Shown one piece after another: positions 16,434-24,977 of a DNA stretch of 64,000 nucleotides. The first letter of the stretch is position 1, and each line of letters starts with the position of its first letter. Made by a program: the position numbers and the translations under genes. Below the pieces are notes generated by a model that was given only the letters and a program-made list of their open reading frames with translations, did not search any database and had not been told where the DNA came from. Source of the DNA: a virus; IMG/VR virus record IMGVR_UViG_3300046000_004279, positions 46,889 through 110,888 of that record. The stretch is one strand, 5' to 3'.

Positions 16434-17592
16434 TATCACAGAAACATCACAGGATTACTACAACAAGATAATCACAACACTTAATAATCCTCTCAATCTT
16501 ACTAAAGAACTGGTAGAACAAATGCCAGAACCTAAGGAATATCCAAATTCTAAATTTGTTGAGAGAGTGATAGTTCCACGTTCTTTGGTTAATTATGACA
16601 GATCAAAACAACCTAGGGATAAACTTAACGATAAAAAACACTTACAAGATCTCAAGAACGATTATGAGGTTTATGGTATTCGAACGGAAAAATATCCACC
16701 TATTGTTAAGAAATCAACTGACAGCACAAATGAACATCTTCTAGAAGGTGTTGGAGGGTGGCATCGTAACGAAACTCTGTCACAAATTGACCAAGAGTTT
16801 TATGTCTATGACATCTACAAGTTCGATTCTCCTTGGGCAGAACGTGTCGTGAGGAATGGATCTAACTGGTCAACTGGGCCCGCCAAGACACAGTCTCGAA
16901 ATGACTACATAAAAGAGATTTGTAATGCTGTAGAAGCTGGTGAAATTTCATCTGATGAAGAATCTATTGATAAAGCAATCGAAGAAATTGCAGCAGATAC
17001 TACAGCAAAAACCCGTAGATTTATCAAGAAAGAAGTAATTGCAAATACTCAAGTAATTGCTAACTTCCGTACATATAATCCTGAAGGTGGTCTGAAATCC
17101 AATAACTCAGTTAAATACTTCTGCCATGAACAAGGTATTCCTTTTGCTGGTACAGAGGGTCGTACTGACCAAGAGGTGATTGAGCAAGGTTGTATTATTT
17201 ACTTCGCATCAAATACCAACAACTTCTCTACATGGGGCCGAGGTTGGTTCAATGCTGCTAAGTATGGTGTACCCATCATAATTTTTGCATATCTTGAAGA
17301 AAGAGCTGGTGACATTATTAAAGCACGAGAAGAAAAACTGAATGAGTTCATCAAACTGAAACAAATGTGGGTTTCTGAAATCTTCAAAGTTGCTAGTGTG
17401 GATAATACTGGAGAAGACCACTATTTCCCCATTAAATTGGGCGGATTTCTTCCTCAGAATATTATGCCTGACAATGTAAACCGTGGGTTACCTACTGAAA
17501 CAACACTAGTCGATGTTGAAGGTAACACTATCGAGTTTAACCCTGAGATGCGATGCTTGTCTGAAAGTAGTAATATTGGAGGCGTCAAATGA
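16420..17592 (+). CDS. protein with N-terminal ParB/Srx-like domain
   Basis: QPR....HLQDLKNDY...G....PPIV...GGWHR. Confidence 0.55.
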   Translation: MKKDNITETSQDYYNKIITTLNNPLNLTKELVEQMPEPKEYPNSKFVERVIVPRSLVNYDRSKQPRDKLNDKKHLQDLKNDYEVYGIRTEKYPPIVKKSTDSTNEHLLEGVGGWHRNETLSQIDQEFYVYDIYKFDSPWAERVVRNGSNWSTGPAKTQSRNDYIKEICNAVEAGEISSDEESIDKAIEEIAADTTAKTRRFIKKEVIANTQVIANFRTYNPEGGLKSNNSVKYFCHEQGIPFAGTEGRTDQEVIEQGCIIYFASNTNNFSTWGRGWFNAAKYGVPIIIFAYLEERAGDIIKAREEKLNEFIKLKQMWVSEIFKVASVDNTGEDHYFPIKLGGFLPQNIMPDNVNRGLPTETTLVDVEGNTIEFNPEMRCLSESSNIGGVK

Positions 17593-17619
17593 AAGTCAAA
17601 GACGGGATATTAGTGGGAG

Positions 17620-18102
17620 TTGCATGGAATGACGTTTGAAGAATGGTTTGATGAACAAGAAGGCGCCGGAACACGGCGTGATAGATTTATTGACGATTTT
17701 GTTTTCTGCCATCCTTTTTTAGGTAGAGGCAAAGATTGGTTGCACGCTGCATACAATGCTGGGGTCAGAGAGGGGTCTAAACAACCTGTTCCTTTAACTG
17801 TTACGACAGTACCACACATTAAATACCCAACCCAAGATAACCCGTTTCCGTATCCTCAGCCGTTGCCCACTCCATTCCCTCGACCTATGCCTACCACACC
17901 ACCTACGCAACCTGTATGGCCTGGCGTTGTAAGCTGCTCAAAGTGCGGCATTAATTTGGGGGGTGTAATGGGTTATGTTTGCTGTGATCAAGCGTGCCCA
18001 ACCTTTAGGAACGTATGGAGTGGTGGGATCAGTGGTACAATCACTTCGGGGGACACAGGTCCTTATTTTGGTGGTAGTAGCAATCTTGGAAGCGGCAAAT
18101 GA
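17620..18102 (+). CDS. hypothetical Pro-rich protein with Cys cluster
   Basis: PFP/PxP tract; CSKC...YVCCDQACP. Confidence 0.65.
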   Translation: MHGMTFEEWFDEQEGAGTRRDRFIDDFVFCHPFLGRGKDWLHAAYNAGVREGSKQPVPLTVTTVPHIKYPTQDNPFPYPQPLPTPFPRPMPTTPPTQPVWPGVVSCSKCGINLGGVMGYVCCDQACPTFRNVWSGGISGTITSGDTGPYFGGSSNLGSGK

Positions 18103-18638
18103 AAGTATACATCGGGCCATATCGTCGGCATTGGTACAGTCATATCCATTATGATTATATGAACAAAAAGTATAATCACGATTGGACTGACAGCACCACC
18201 ACTTTTGAACACCTACTAGAGAAGTATGAAAACTTCTTGGATTGGATCTACAACAATACAATCAACAGGGTCTTTGATCTGCTTAAAGAACAAAAGATCA
18301 AGATACGCATCGATGACTATGACCTTTGGAGCATGGATGACACTCTTGCTCTTATCATTTCACCTATGTTGAAGAAGCTCAAAGAACAGAAGCACGGGTC
18401 ATCTTATGTTGACAATGACGATGTTCCACCAGATTTGCGGCATCCTGTCACTGATGATCCAGACCACGACAGCTTGATTGAGAAGCGTTGGGCTTATGTG
18501 ATTGACGAGATGATTTGGTCATTTGATCGAAAAATTAAAAATGACTACTTGTACGATGAATCATACAAAGAAGGTCAAATGCGTATGAGCAACGGCTTCC
18601 GTTTGTTTGGAAAATATTACGAATCTTTGTGGGATTAA
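18099..18638 (+). CDS. conserved hypothetical phage protein
   Basis: DLWSMDDTLA..I.PML..LK; GFRLFGKYYESLWD. Confidence 0.75.
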   Translation: MKVYIGPYRRHWYSHIHYDYMNKKYNHDWTDSTTTFEHLLEKYENFLDWIYNNTINRVFDLLKEQKIKIRIDDYDLWSMDDTLALIISPMLKKLKEQKHGSSYVDNDDVPPDLRHPVTDDPDHDSLIEKRWAYVIDEMIWSFDRKIKNDYLYDESYKEGQMRMSNGFRLFGKYYESLWD

Positions 18639-18671
18639 CTATTATGAAAATGGCAATGAGGTAAAATACGA

Positions 18672-19232
18672 ATGATCAAAGGCGACTTCACACATTGTAC
18701 ATCTTTGCAACAGTTCTACGACGAGATCGTAGCTGTTCAGAAAGAAGCTCATGGCCAGCTATACACGTCTCACCACGCTGATCTAATTGATCTTATGACG
18801 CAATGTAAAACTTATAAAGAGTTGGGAATCAACCAAGGGGCAACTGCAGCGGCTGTGATGTTGCAGGCTCCAAAGTATATCGAGCTTATCGATATTACAC
18901 TGACCAACTTTAACGAAAACTTACATTTGTTTGAACAGTTTGCTCAAGATAACGATGTTATTCTATCAGTAAAAGAGATTGGTTCAACAGATCCAGAGTT
19001 AGAGATCACTGAGTGTGATTTGTTGTTTGTTGACAGTTTGCATCATGGCTGGCATGTTGAGCAAGAGTTAATTCTGCATGCCCCCATGACAAACAAGTAC
19101 ATTGTTATTCACGATACTGATGATAGACCAATGAACCACGCAGTTGCTTTGAAAGTGCTGATGCCATTGGGTTGGAAAGAAGTAAAACGTGACACTCGTG
19201 GGTTTGGTCATTCTATCTTTAAAAGGGTTTAA
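18672..19232 (+). CDS. class I SAM-dependent methyltransferase (Methyltransf_24-like)
   Basis: ELGINQGAT, DLLFVDSLH, YIVIHDT. Confidence 0.75.
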   Translation: MIKGDFTHCTSLQQFYDEIVAVQKEAHGQLYTSHHADLIDLMTQCKTYKELGINQGATAAAVMLQAPKYIELIDITLTNFNENLHLFEQFAQDNDVILSVKEIGSTDPELEITECDLLFVDSLHHGWHVEQELILHAPMTNKYIVIHDTDDRPMNHAVALKVLMPLGWKEVKRDTRGFGHSIFKRV

Positions 19233-19234
19233 CA

Positions 19235-19456
19235 ATGTTTAGTGTTGAACATGAGTTTGACAGTTCATCAATCACAGTTTTAGATGACAGCGGCGAACAA
19301 GAAGATGTCGCTGTTATTCTTTTTGATGATGTTGTTTACATTCGTCAATATATTGAAGACACTGACATGGCTTCAGTTATAACGATGACACCGAAAATGT
19401 TTGCAGAACTGATTGAAGCATATAATTGCAGTGATGGCTCTTTTGTGGTAAGATAA
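19235..19456 (+). CDS. hypothetical protein
   Basis: RBS, 73-aa ORF. Confidence 0.7.
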   Translation: MFSVEHEFDSSSITVLDDSGEQEDVAVILFDDVVYIRQYIEDTDMASVITMTPKMFAELIEAYNCSDGSFVVR

Positions 19457-19459
19457 CTC

Positions 19460-19488
19460 TTGACAAACTGCTCAACGAGTGTTATGTT
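19460..19488 (+). promoter_or_regulatory. sigma70-type promoter
   Basis: TTGACA-17-TATGTT with TG extension. Confidence 0.7.
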
Positions 19489-19514
19489 AAAGGTGATACT
19501 TTAGAGGAAGAAAA

Positions 19515-19958
19515 ATGCTGATTTGCTTTGATATCGATGGAACACTGGCTGATGTGAGCCACCGTGTCCACTACTGGCGTCAAAAGCCAAAGAACTGGAA
19601 TATGTTCAAGTCTGAGATGGTTAATGATGATCCGATTGAACAGATCTGCACGATTGCTCGCGAAATGGATGCCACAGGGCACCGAATCATCCTGTGCTCT
19701 GGTCGTAGTGAAGATACTCGTGAATGGACAGAAGAGTGGCTGACTGCTCAGGGAATTGAATGGTCAAAACTGTACATGCGGGCAGATAATGACTACCGCC
19801 ACGATGATATCGTCAAGAAAGAACTGCTGGATCAGATTGTTGTTGACTTTGGCAAGAAACCTGATATAGTGTTTGATGATCGTCCACGTGTCGTTAAGAT
19901 GTGGCGTGAGAATGGCGTGTTTGTCGCCGATGTGTATCAAGGAACGGAGGACTTCTAA
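19515..19958 (+). CDS. HAD-family phosphatase (PseT 3'-phosphatase-like domain only)
   Basis: FDIDGTLA, SGR, D...K, FDDRPRVV. Confidence 0.85.
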   Translation: MLICFDIDGTLADVSHRVHYWRQKPKNWNMFKSEMVNDDPIEQICTIAREMDATGHRIILCSGRSEDTREWTEEWLTAQGIEWSKLYMRADNDYRHDDIVKKELLDQIVVDFGKKPDIVFDDRPRVVKMWRENGVFVADVYQGTEDF

Positions 19959-20272
19959 TGAGTGACGATCTGATCAAGCGCAGTGATGTTTTGTCTATGA
20001 TTGACGCGTTCGAGCGTGACTTTCAGCAGTCTTGGAGAGTGCAGTTCCGCGCAGATGTAGACGCTATCCCCGAAGTAAAGGATGAACGCGCCGAAGGGGT
20101 CGAGGCCAAACTTGCCAAGGCGGCAACGTATCTGCAAAAGATCAGCCGTCATGCTAATCGGTCTTGCTCTGCAATCGCCGGCCGCGCGCTGGCTGAACTG
20201 GAGGGCGAGCCTCTTGGCGCTGAGTTTGAGGCGGTGTGGGACGCTAACAAAGGGGAGTTGTATGAGCCATGA
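19958..20272 (+). CDS. hypothetical protein (GC-rich)
   Basis: TAATG coupling, RBS GGAGG. Confidence 0.65.
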   Translation: MSDDLIKRSDVLSMIDAFERDFQQSWRVQFRADVDAIPEVKDERAEGVEAKLAKAATYLQKISRHANRSCSAIAGRALAELEGEPLGAEFEAVWDANKGELYEP

Positions 20273-20541
20273 GTGACTACCGAATTGAAGCAGCCACCAA
20301 AGAGGAATGGGCTAATCGTGCTTTGGCCGCCGAAGCCAAACTCGACAAGGCGGGAATAGCCGCACTTGAGACTATACTAAATGAACGTGGCCCTGTGTTC
20401 GACGCGATGGTCGATGCCGCCGAGGATGCTGCGGGAAAGGACGTATCGTTCAACGTAGTAGTGGGTCGAGCCATCCGCGCTGCTCTCGCAGTGCTGGCTA
20501 TATATACTAGAACTGATAAAACCTCTGGATCGGAGTATTGA
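20269..20541 (+). CDS. hypothetical protein (GC-rich)
   Basis: ATGA overlap. Confidence 0.65.
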   Translation: MSDYRIEAATKEEWANRALAAEAKLDKAGIAALETILNERGPVFDAMVDAAEDAAGKDVSFNVVVGRAIRAALAVLAIYTRTDKTSGSEY

Positions 20542-20542
20542 T

Positions 20543-20854
20543 ATGACTAAGTATGTAATTGTAACTGCCATCTCGTCTTACCGTATGCGTTATTGCATTC
20601 CTGTTGATGAGTTGCAGAAGTTAAACACAGATGTTCCTATTGAAGGGCATGAGATTGAGTGGGCAGACGATTGTGTCACGAGCGAAGAAGTAGATGAGTT
20701 TTCGCAGATGCACATTGGTGAACAAATTATCGATACAGAGATTGTTACTGAAGAGCAGATGCTTAGTAAGTTTGATATTGATAATGACTATCTAAGTGAT
20801 TGGCCAAAAGAGAAGAAAATCGAATTCATTCGTAGTTGGAAACGTGACGGATGA
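20543..20854 (+). CDS. hypothetical protein
   Basis: RBS GGAG. Confidence 0.7.
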   Translation: MTKYVIVTAISSYRMRYCIPVDELQKLNTDVPIEGHEIEWADDCVTSEEVDEFSQMHIGEQIIDTEIVTEEQMLSKFDIDNDYLSDWPKEKKIEFIRSWKRDG

Positions 20855-21069
20855 AAAAACAACCTCTTCAAAAAGACCTACAGGATCTTCTGACAAAGCA
20901 TGAAGTTGATAAATACACAGGTCTGCACAACTATATGATGTCCGAGCACATCGTTCGTTGGATCGAAGAGTATGTTCGAGAGCAAAATGTCGCGACTCTC
21001 TGGTCCAATGAAGAGCAGACATCATATTTTGATTACATGAAACAAAAAGAGGGCAAGAATGTCGTTTAA
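20851..21069 (+). CDS. hypothetical protein
   Basis: ATGA overlap. Confidence 0.65.
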   Translation: MKKQPLQKDLQDLLTKHEVDKYTGLHNYMMSEHIVRWIEEYVREQNVATLWSNEEQTSYFDYMKQKEGKNVV

Positions 21070-21922
21070 CCTAACACTGGAGCACGTTAGTGCTATTCTA
21101 AAAGGCAACAAAGAAGTTGAAGCATGGCACAAGGCCATGGCTAAGGTATTGCCAAAGTATAAAATTGATACACCAGAACGTATTGCAGGATTCTTGGCTC
21201 AATGTGGCCATGAGTCAAATAATTTCACTGTGCTCGAGGAGAACCTGCACTATCGCGCCGAGACGCTCGACAAGATCTTCCCAAAGTACTTTGTAAAAGC
21301 TGGGCGTAAAGCAGCAGACTATGCAAAGCAACCTGAAAAGATTGCTAACATTGTTTACGGTGGTCGTATGGGCAACACTCAACCTGGTGACGGATACTTG
21401 TTCCGTGGTCGAGGCGTAATTCAGTTGACTGGCCGTGACAACTACACCAACTTTGGCAAGACTCTAAACAAGTCTGCCGAAGAAGTTGCTAGTTACGTTA
21501 CATCCAAAGAAGGTGCAATCGAGTCAGCATGTTGGTATTGGAACAGTCGTAACATCAATAAAGCAGCTGATGCGAGCGACATTGTTGCAATGACGAAGTT
21601 GATTAATGGCGGCACAATCGGCCTAGAAGATCGTAAGAAACACTACGAACACGCTCTTACAGTACTTACAGGTAAAGAGGTACATCAAGCCACACCATCA
21701 ACTGAATCAGTTGTTCCTACCGCATCTGGCGCAGTCTCACGGGTACTTAAAGTGGGTTCACGCGGTGCACAAGTCAAGAAGTTGCAAGAAGCTCTGAGTC
21801 TTGAAGCCGATGGTGTGTTTGGAAACGGTACAGAATCAGCTTTGAAAACATGGCAAGAAGCAAATGGTTTGACCGCTGATGGTGTTGCTGGTCCAGCGAC
21901 TCTTGCTAAACTGTTGAAATAA
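21059..21922 (+). CDS. endolysin: GH19 domain plus C-terminal peptidoglycan-binding domain
   Basis: FLAQCGHES, FRGRGVIQLTGRDNY, INGGTIGLEDR; ADGVFG..T..A...WQ..NGL.ADGVAGP.T. Confidence 0.92.
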   Translation: MSFNLTLEHVSAILKGNKEVEAWHKAMAKVLPKYKIDTPERIAGFLAQCGHESNNFTVLEENLHYRAETLDKIFPKYFVKAGRKAADYAKQPEKIANIVYGGRMGNTQPGDGYLFRGRGVIQLTGRDNYTNFGKTLNKSAEEVASYVTSKEGAIESACWYWNSRNINKAADASDIVAMTKLINGGTIGLEDRKKHYEHALTVLTGKEVHQATPSTESVVPTASGAVSRVLKVGSRGAQVKKLQEALSLEADGVFGNGTESALKTWQEANGLTADGVAGPATLAKLLK

Positions 21923-21957
21923 AACAAATCTTTTTTTCAAAATAATAAAAATGGCTA

Positions 21958-21986
21958 TTGACATTCGTGTTGATAGCCATTATATT
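21958..21986 (+). promoter_or_regulatory. sigma70-type early promoter with UP-like tract
   Basis: TTGACA-17-TATATT preceded by A/T tracts. Confidence 0.8.
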
Positions 21987-22013
21987 ATGTGTATGAGTAA
22001 TGGAGAACAGACA

Positions 22014-22223
22014 ATGTTGAAAGCTACAGTGATTCGCGAGTGGTCTGAGGTCAAGCGCAACGGGCGCAAGGTTGAAGATTGGTCTTGGACTGTGACGTTC
22101 CGTAAGGATGAACAGTTCATCGATCAACACTACTACAACACCGCAAAGGTCGCTAAAGCTGCTGCTCACTTGTTTGAAATTGGTCGCTACAGCGTTGGCG
22201 AATATGGTGGAGTGAAAATCTAA
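22014..22223 (+). CDS. hypothetical early protein
   Basis: ATG at 22014 after RBS GGAG; the track start lies upstream of the promoter. Confidence 0.7.
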   Translation: MLKATVIREWSEVKRNGRKVEDWSWTVTFRKDEQFIDQHYYNTAKVAKAAAHLFEIGRYSVGEYGGVKI

Positions 22224-22472
22224 ATGGATGGTATGAAAATGCAAACAACTGCTGAACGTATGGCTTTGATTCGTCAAGCACACGAGAAGTTCGCAAAAAA
22301 GATTAAAGTTCAAGCTAAGTTTGAACGTGAGGAACGTGTTCAAAAAGTTCATGAACTTGACAAGAAGTTCGAACGTGACGAACGTCTGTGGAACGATTCT
22401 TCTCAGTATGCTAAACAGTACTACGGTGAGACATTCCGTGAAACGACGAGGTTTGATAATGACTGGGATTGA
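22224..22472 (+). CDS. hypothetical protein
   Basis: Coupled ORF. Confidence 0.7.
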   Translation: MDGMKMQTTAERMALIRQAHEKFAKKIKVQAKFEREERVQKVHELDKKFERDERLWNDSSQYAKQYYGETFRETTRFDNDWD

Positions 22473-22620
22473 TCTTCCTCGCCTGCAAGTCAGGCTAGCA
22501 GAAACAGAAGACAAAGTCAAAAGTCTTCTGTTTGCTGTTGATAAACTTGAAGATGTTGTGTATGATCTCAATCAGAAGATTGTACAATTGGAAAACTTGA
22601 TTGAAAGGAAATTAGAATGA
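22459..22620 (+). CDS. small coiled-coil protein
   Basis: MTGIDLPRLQVRL..., heptad pattern, RBS GAGG. Confidence 0.6.
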   Translation: MTGIDLPRLQVRLAETEDKVKSLLFAVDKLEDVVYDLNQKIVQLENLIERKLE

Positions 22621-22850
22621 CTCGTGATGAAATGGTGACTGAACTACGTGCACGAACATGTCGTGTAATCTTTACCAAAGTGAATGGTGATGAACGTGAT
22701 ATGCAGTGTACTTTGAATATTGATTTTATTCCTGAGAATAAACAACCAAAGACTAGCAAAGATTACGCCGATGGTGTAATTCGTGTGTTTGATATCAACA
22801 AACAAGAGTTTCGGTCGTTCCGTGTAGAGAATGTACTTTCGTTCTCCTAA
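22617..22850 (+). CDS. SH3 beta-barrel/WYL-like phage protein
   Basis: VIFTKVNGDERDMQCTL...VFDINKQEFRSFR. Confidence 0.8.
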   Translation: MTRDEMVTELRARTCRVIFTKVNGDERDMQCTLNIDFIPENKQPKTSKDYADGVIRVFDINKQEFRSFRVENVLSFS

Positions 22851-22873
22851 ATAATACTAAACGGAGGTCTATA

Positions 22874-23095
22874 ATGTTTGGCATCGACCCTATATTGGCA
22901 ACTATCATTACAGCTGGCGGTATTTTTATCGTCAGCTATCTGATTAACCGTCAACACTTTCGACTACAATATGAAAAAATCATTGAAGCAACAATTGATC
23001 ATTTAATTAAAGATGGTTACATTGCTACACGTAAAGCTAAAGATGGTGATATTGAATTAATCACCATTAAAGAACTCAAAGATGTTGACTTCTGA
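22874..23095 (+). CDS. small membrane protein
   Basis: N-terminal TM segment, RBS GGAGG. Confidence 0.7.
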   Translation: MFGIDPILATIITAGGIFIVSYLINRQHFRLQYEKIIEATIDHLIKDGYIATRKAKDGDIELITIKELKDVDF

Positions 23096-23113
23096 TACAA
23101 AACATGGTATATT
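23085..23113 (+). promoter_or_regulatory. sigma70-type promoter
   Basis: TTGACT-17-TATATT with TG extension. Confidence 0.7.
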
Positions 23114-23148
23114 AATTATGCCAATGGTTACATATGATGGAGAAGTGA

Positions 23149-23775
23149 ATGGCTCGTCAGCCACAAACCAAGGAACAGATCGCAGCGCGTGTAGCGAAAG
23201 CTCAAGCGACCAAAGCAGCGAAGAAGACGAATGCACTTGCATTGATGGGTGCAGTTGCAAAGAAACCTATTAAACAAATTCGCAAACGGCGAGTAATGAC
23301 GGATGAACAAAAGGCTGCTGCTATAGCTCGTCTTGAAGCCGCTCGTGCGGCCAAAGGTCCATCAAAGAACATGATGATTGATGCAGATGTTCGAAATCTA
23401 CCTGATGATCATACGTTCAGTTTGAAGAATGTTCGTAAGTGGATTAGTGCCAACAAAGATCTGTTGGGTGCGATGCGTGGTATGAAGGACTCTAAAGAAT
23501 CCTCTGAACGAGCAAAGTATATAATCGTTGAAACTTATATTGCCAACTTGGAGAATTACCTCCGAAGTGGTCATTACCTAGATCTCCAATTTGGAGAAAA
23601 AGGTCAAAGCAAAATTAAATATGTGTGTCGTGGTATGGCGTATTATGCCAATGGTCATCCTAAGAGATCTGTTGGTGTATTGTACTCTGACATTGGAGTG
23701 TACACACAAGAAATGGAAGACGATGATCGAAGAAAAGCAATTTCTGACCAAACAAAAATTCGTAAAACTAATTGA
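23149..23775 (+). CDS. hypothetical basic protein
   Basis: RBS GGAG; Lys/Ala-rich N-terminus. Confidence 0.75.
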   Translation: MARQPQTKEQIAARVAKAQATKAAKKTNALALMGAVAKKPIKQIRKRRVMTDEQKAAAIARLEAARAAKGPSKNMMIDADVRNLPDDHTFSLKNVRKWISANKDLLGAMRGMKDSKESSERAKYIIVETYIANLENYLRSGHYLDLQFGEKGQSKIKYVCRGMAYYANGHPKRSVGVLYSDIGVYTQEMEDDDRRKAISDQTKIRKTN

Positions 23776-23956
23776 GGATGTCGTGCGAGCGACAAACTCA
23801 ACTTATATGGACGCAGTGATCTCAGTTTGTCAAGACAACGAAGTTGAGATCGAAGACGTCCGAAAGTTTATTACTCCAATCCTCAAAGATAAGATTCAAG
23901 CGGAGGCAATGAAACTAAACTATCTTCCAAGACAGAATACTTTACCTATTGACTAA
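23723..23956 (+). CDS. gp33: late-promoter transcription coactivator gp33
   Basis: F...IE.......YMDAV...C....E.E.V.K.I...LKDKI.AEA..LNYL; upstream of gp32. Confidence 0.88.
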   Translation: MIEEKQFLTKQKFVKLIEDVVRATNSTYMDAVISVCQDNEVEIEDVRKFITPILKDKIQAEAMKLNYLPRQNTLPID

Positions 23957-23977
23957 CCCTATATAATGTTCTATACT
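23949..23977 (+). promoter_or_regulatory. sigma70-type promoter for gene 32
   Basis: TTGACT-17-TATACT. Confidence 0.7.
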
Positions 23978-24021
23978 AATCATACTAACATTCAAATATT
24001 CAAACATACGGAGAACTACAC

Positions 24022-24921
24022 ATGTCTTTTGCAAACCTAAAACGCGGTGGTACTGACCTTTCAAAGCTCGTTAGCGAAGCTGAGAAATCCACTGGTGCGC
24101 GTGATCGCATCACCGACGAACGCTTTTGGAATTCCACTCGCGATAAAGCTGGCAATGGCTATGCTATTATTCGCTTTCTTCCTGGTAAAGAAGAAAACAC
24201 TGTTCCTTGGGTCCGTTATTGGGACCACGCGTTCAAAGGTCCAACTGGCCAATGGTACATTGAGAAGTCGTTGACAACTCTTGGCCAAGCAGATCCACTT
24301 TCAGAGTTGAACTCTAAGATGTGGAACGAGAGTGCAGATGGTTCTGCTCAACGTAAGCTGGTAAGCTCGCGTTCACGCAACCTTCGCTATGTTGCGAACG
24401 TAATGGTTATCTCAGACCAATTGGCACCTGAGAACGAAGGTAAGGTTAAACTGTATCGCTTTGGCAAGAAGATCTTTGATAAGATCATGGCTGCTATGAA
24501 GCCTCAGTTTCCTGATGAGAAGCCTATCGACCCATTCAATATGTGGGAAGGTGCTGACTTTGTTTTGAAGATCAGCTCTGAGATGGTTGGGGGTAAGCCT
24601 CTGCCTAAGTATGATGCTTCGTACTTCAAGGCCGCTTCTGCACTGTTTGGTGGTGATGAAGCTAAGTTGGAGGCTATCTACGATATGCAACACTCAATTG
24701 GTGAGTTTGTTGATCCTACCACATTCAAGAGCTATGATGAGTTGAAAGCTCGTCTGAATATGGTTCTTGGTGAGTCTGCACCTCGCACGATTCGTGAGAC
24801 TGCTACTCTAGACAACACTATGGAAGCTCCTACTATCAAGACCGCAGAGAACTTCTCTATGAGTGATGGTACTGAGAATGATGAGACTATGGATTACTTT
24901 GCGAAACTTGCGCAAAGTTAA
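24022..24921 (+). CDS. gp32: single-stranded DNA-binding protein gp32
   Basis: DKAGNGYAIIRFLP, GQWYIE, ENEGKV.LYRFGKKIFDKI, YFAKLA end. Confidence 0.97.
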   Translation: MSFANLKRGGTDLSKLVSEAEKSTGARDRITDERFWNSTRDKAGNGYAIIRFLPGKEENTVPWVRYWDHAFKGPTGQWYIEKSLTTLGQADPLSELNSKMWNESADGSAQRKLVSSRSRNLRYVANVMVISDQLAPENEGKVKLYRFGKKIFDKIMAAMKPQFPDEKPIDPFNMWEGADFVLKISSEMVGGKPLPKYDASYFKAASALFGGDEAKLEAIYDMQHSIGEFVDPTTFKSYDELKARLNMVLGESAPRTIRETATLDNTMEAPTIKTAENFSMSDGTENDETMDYFAKLAQS

Positions 24922-24949
24922 TAGTTTTAGCTAATTTAGATAAACAGAG

Positions 24950-24976
24950 GGCCCAGTGTAACGCTGGGCCTTTTTT
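24950..24976 (+). terminator. rho-independent terminator between convergent genes
   Basis: GGCCCAGTG-taa-CGCTGGGCC-TTTTTT. Confidence 0.9.
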
Positions 24977-24977
24977 A

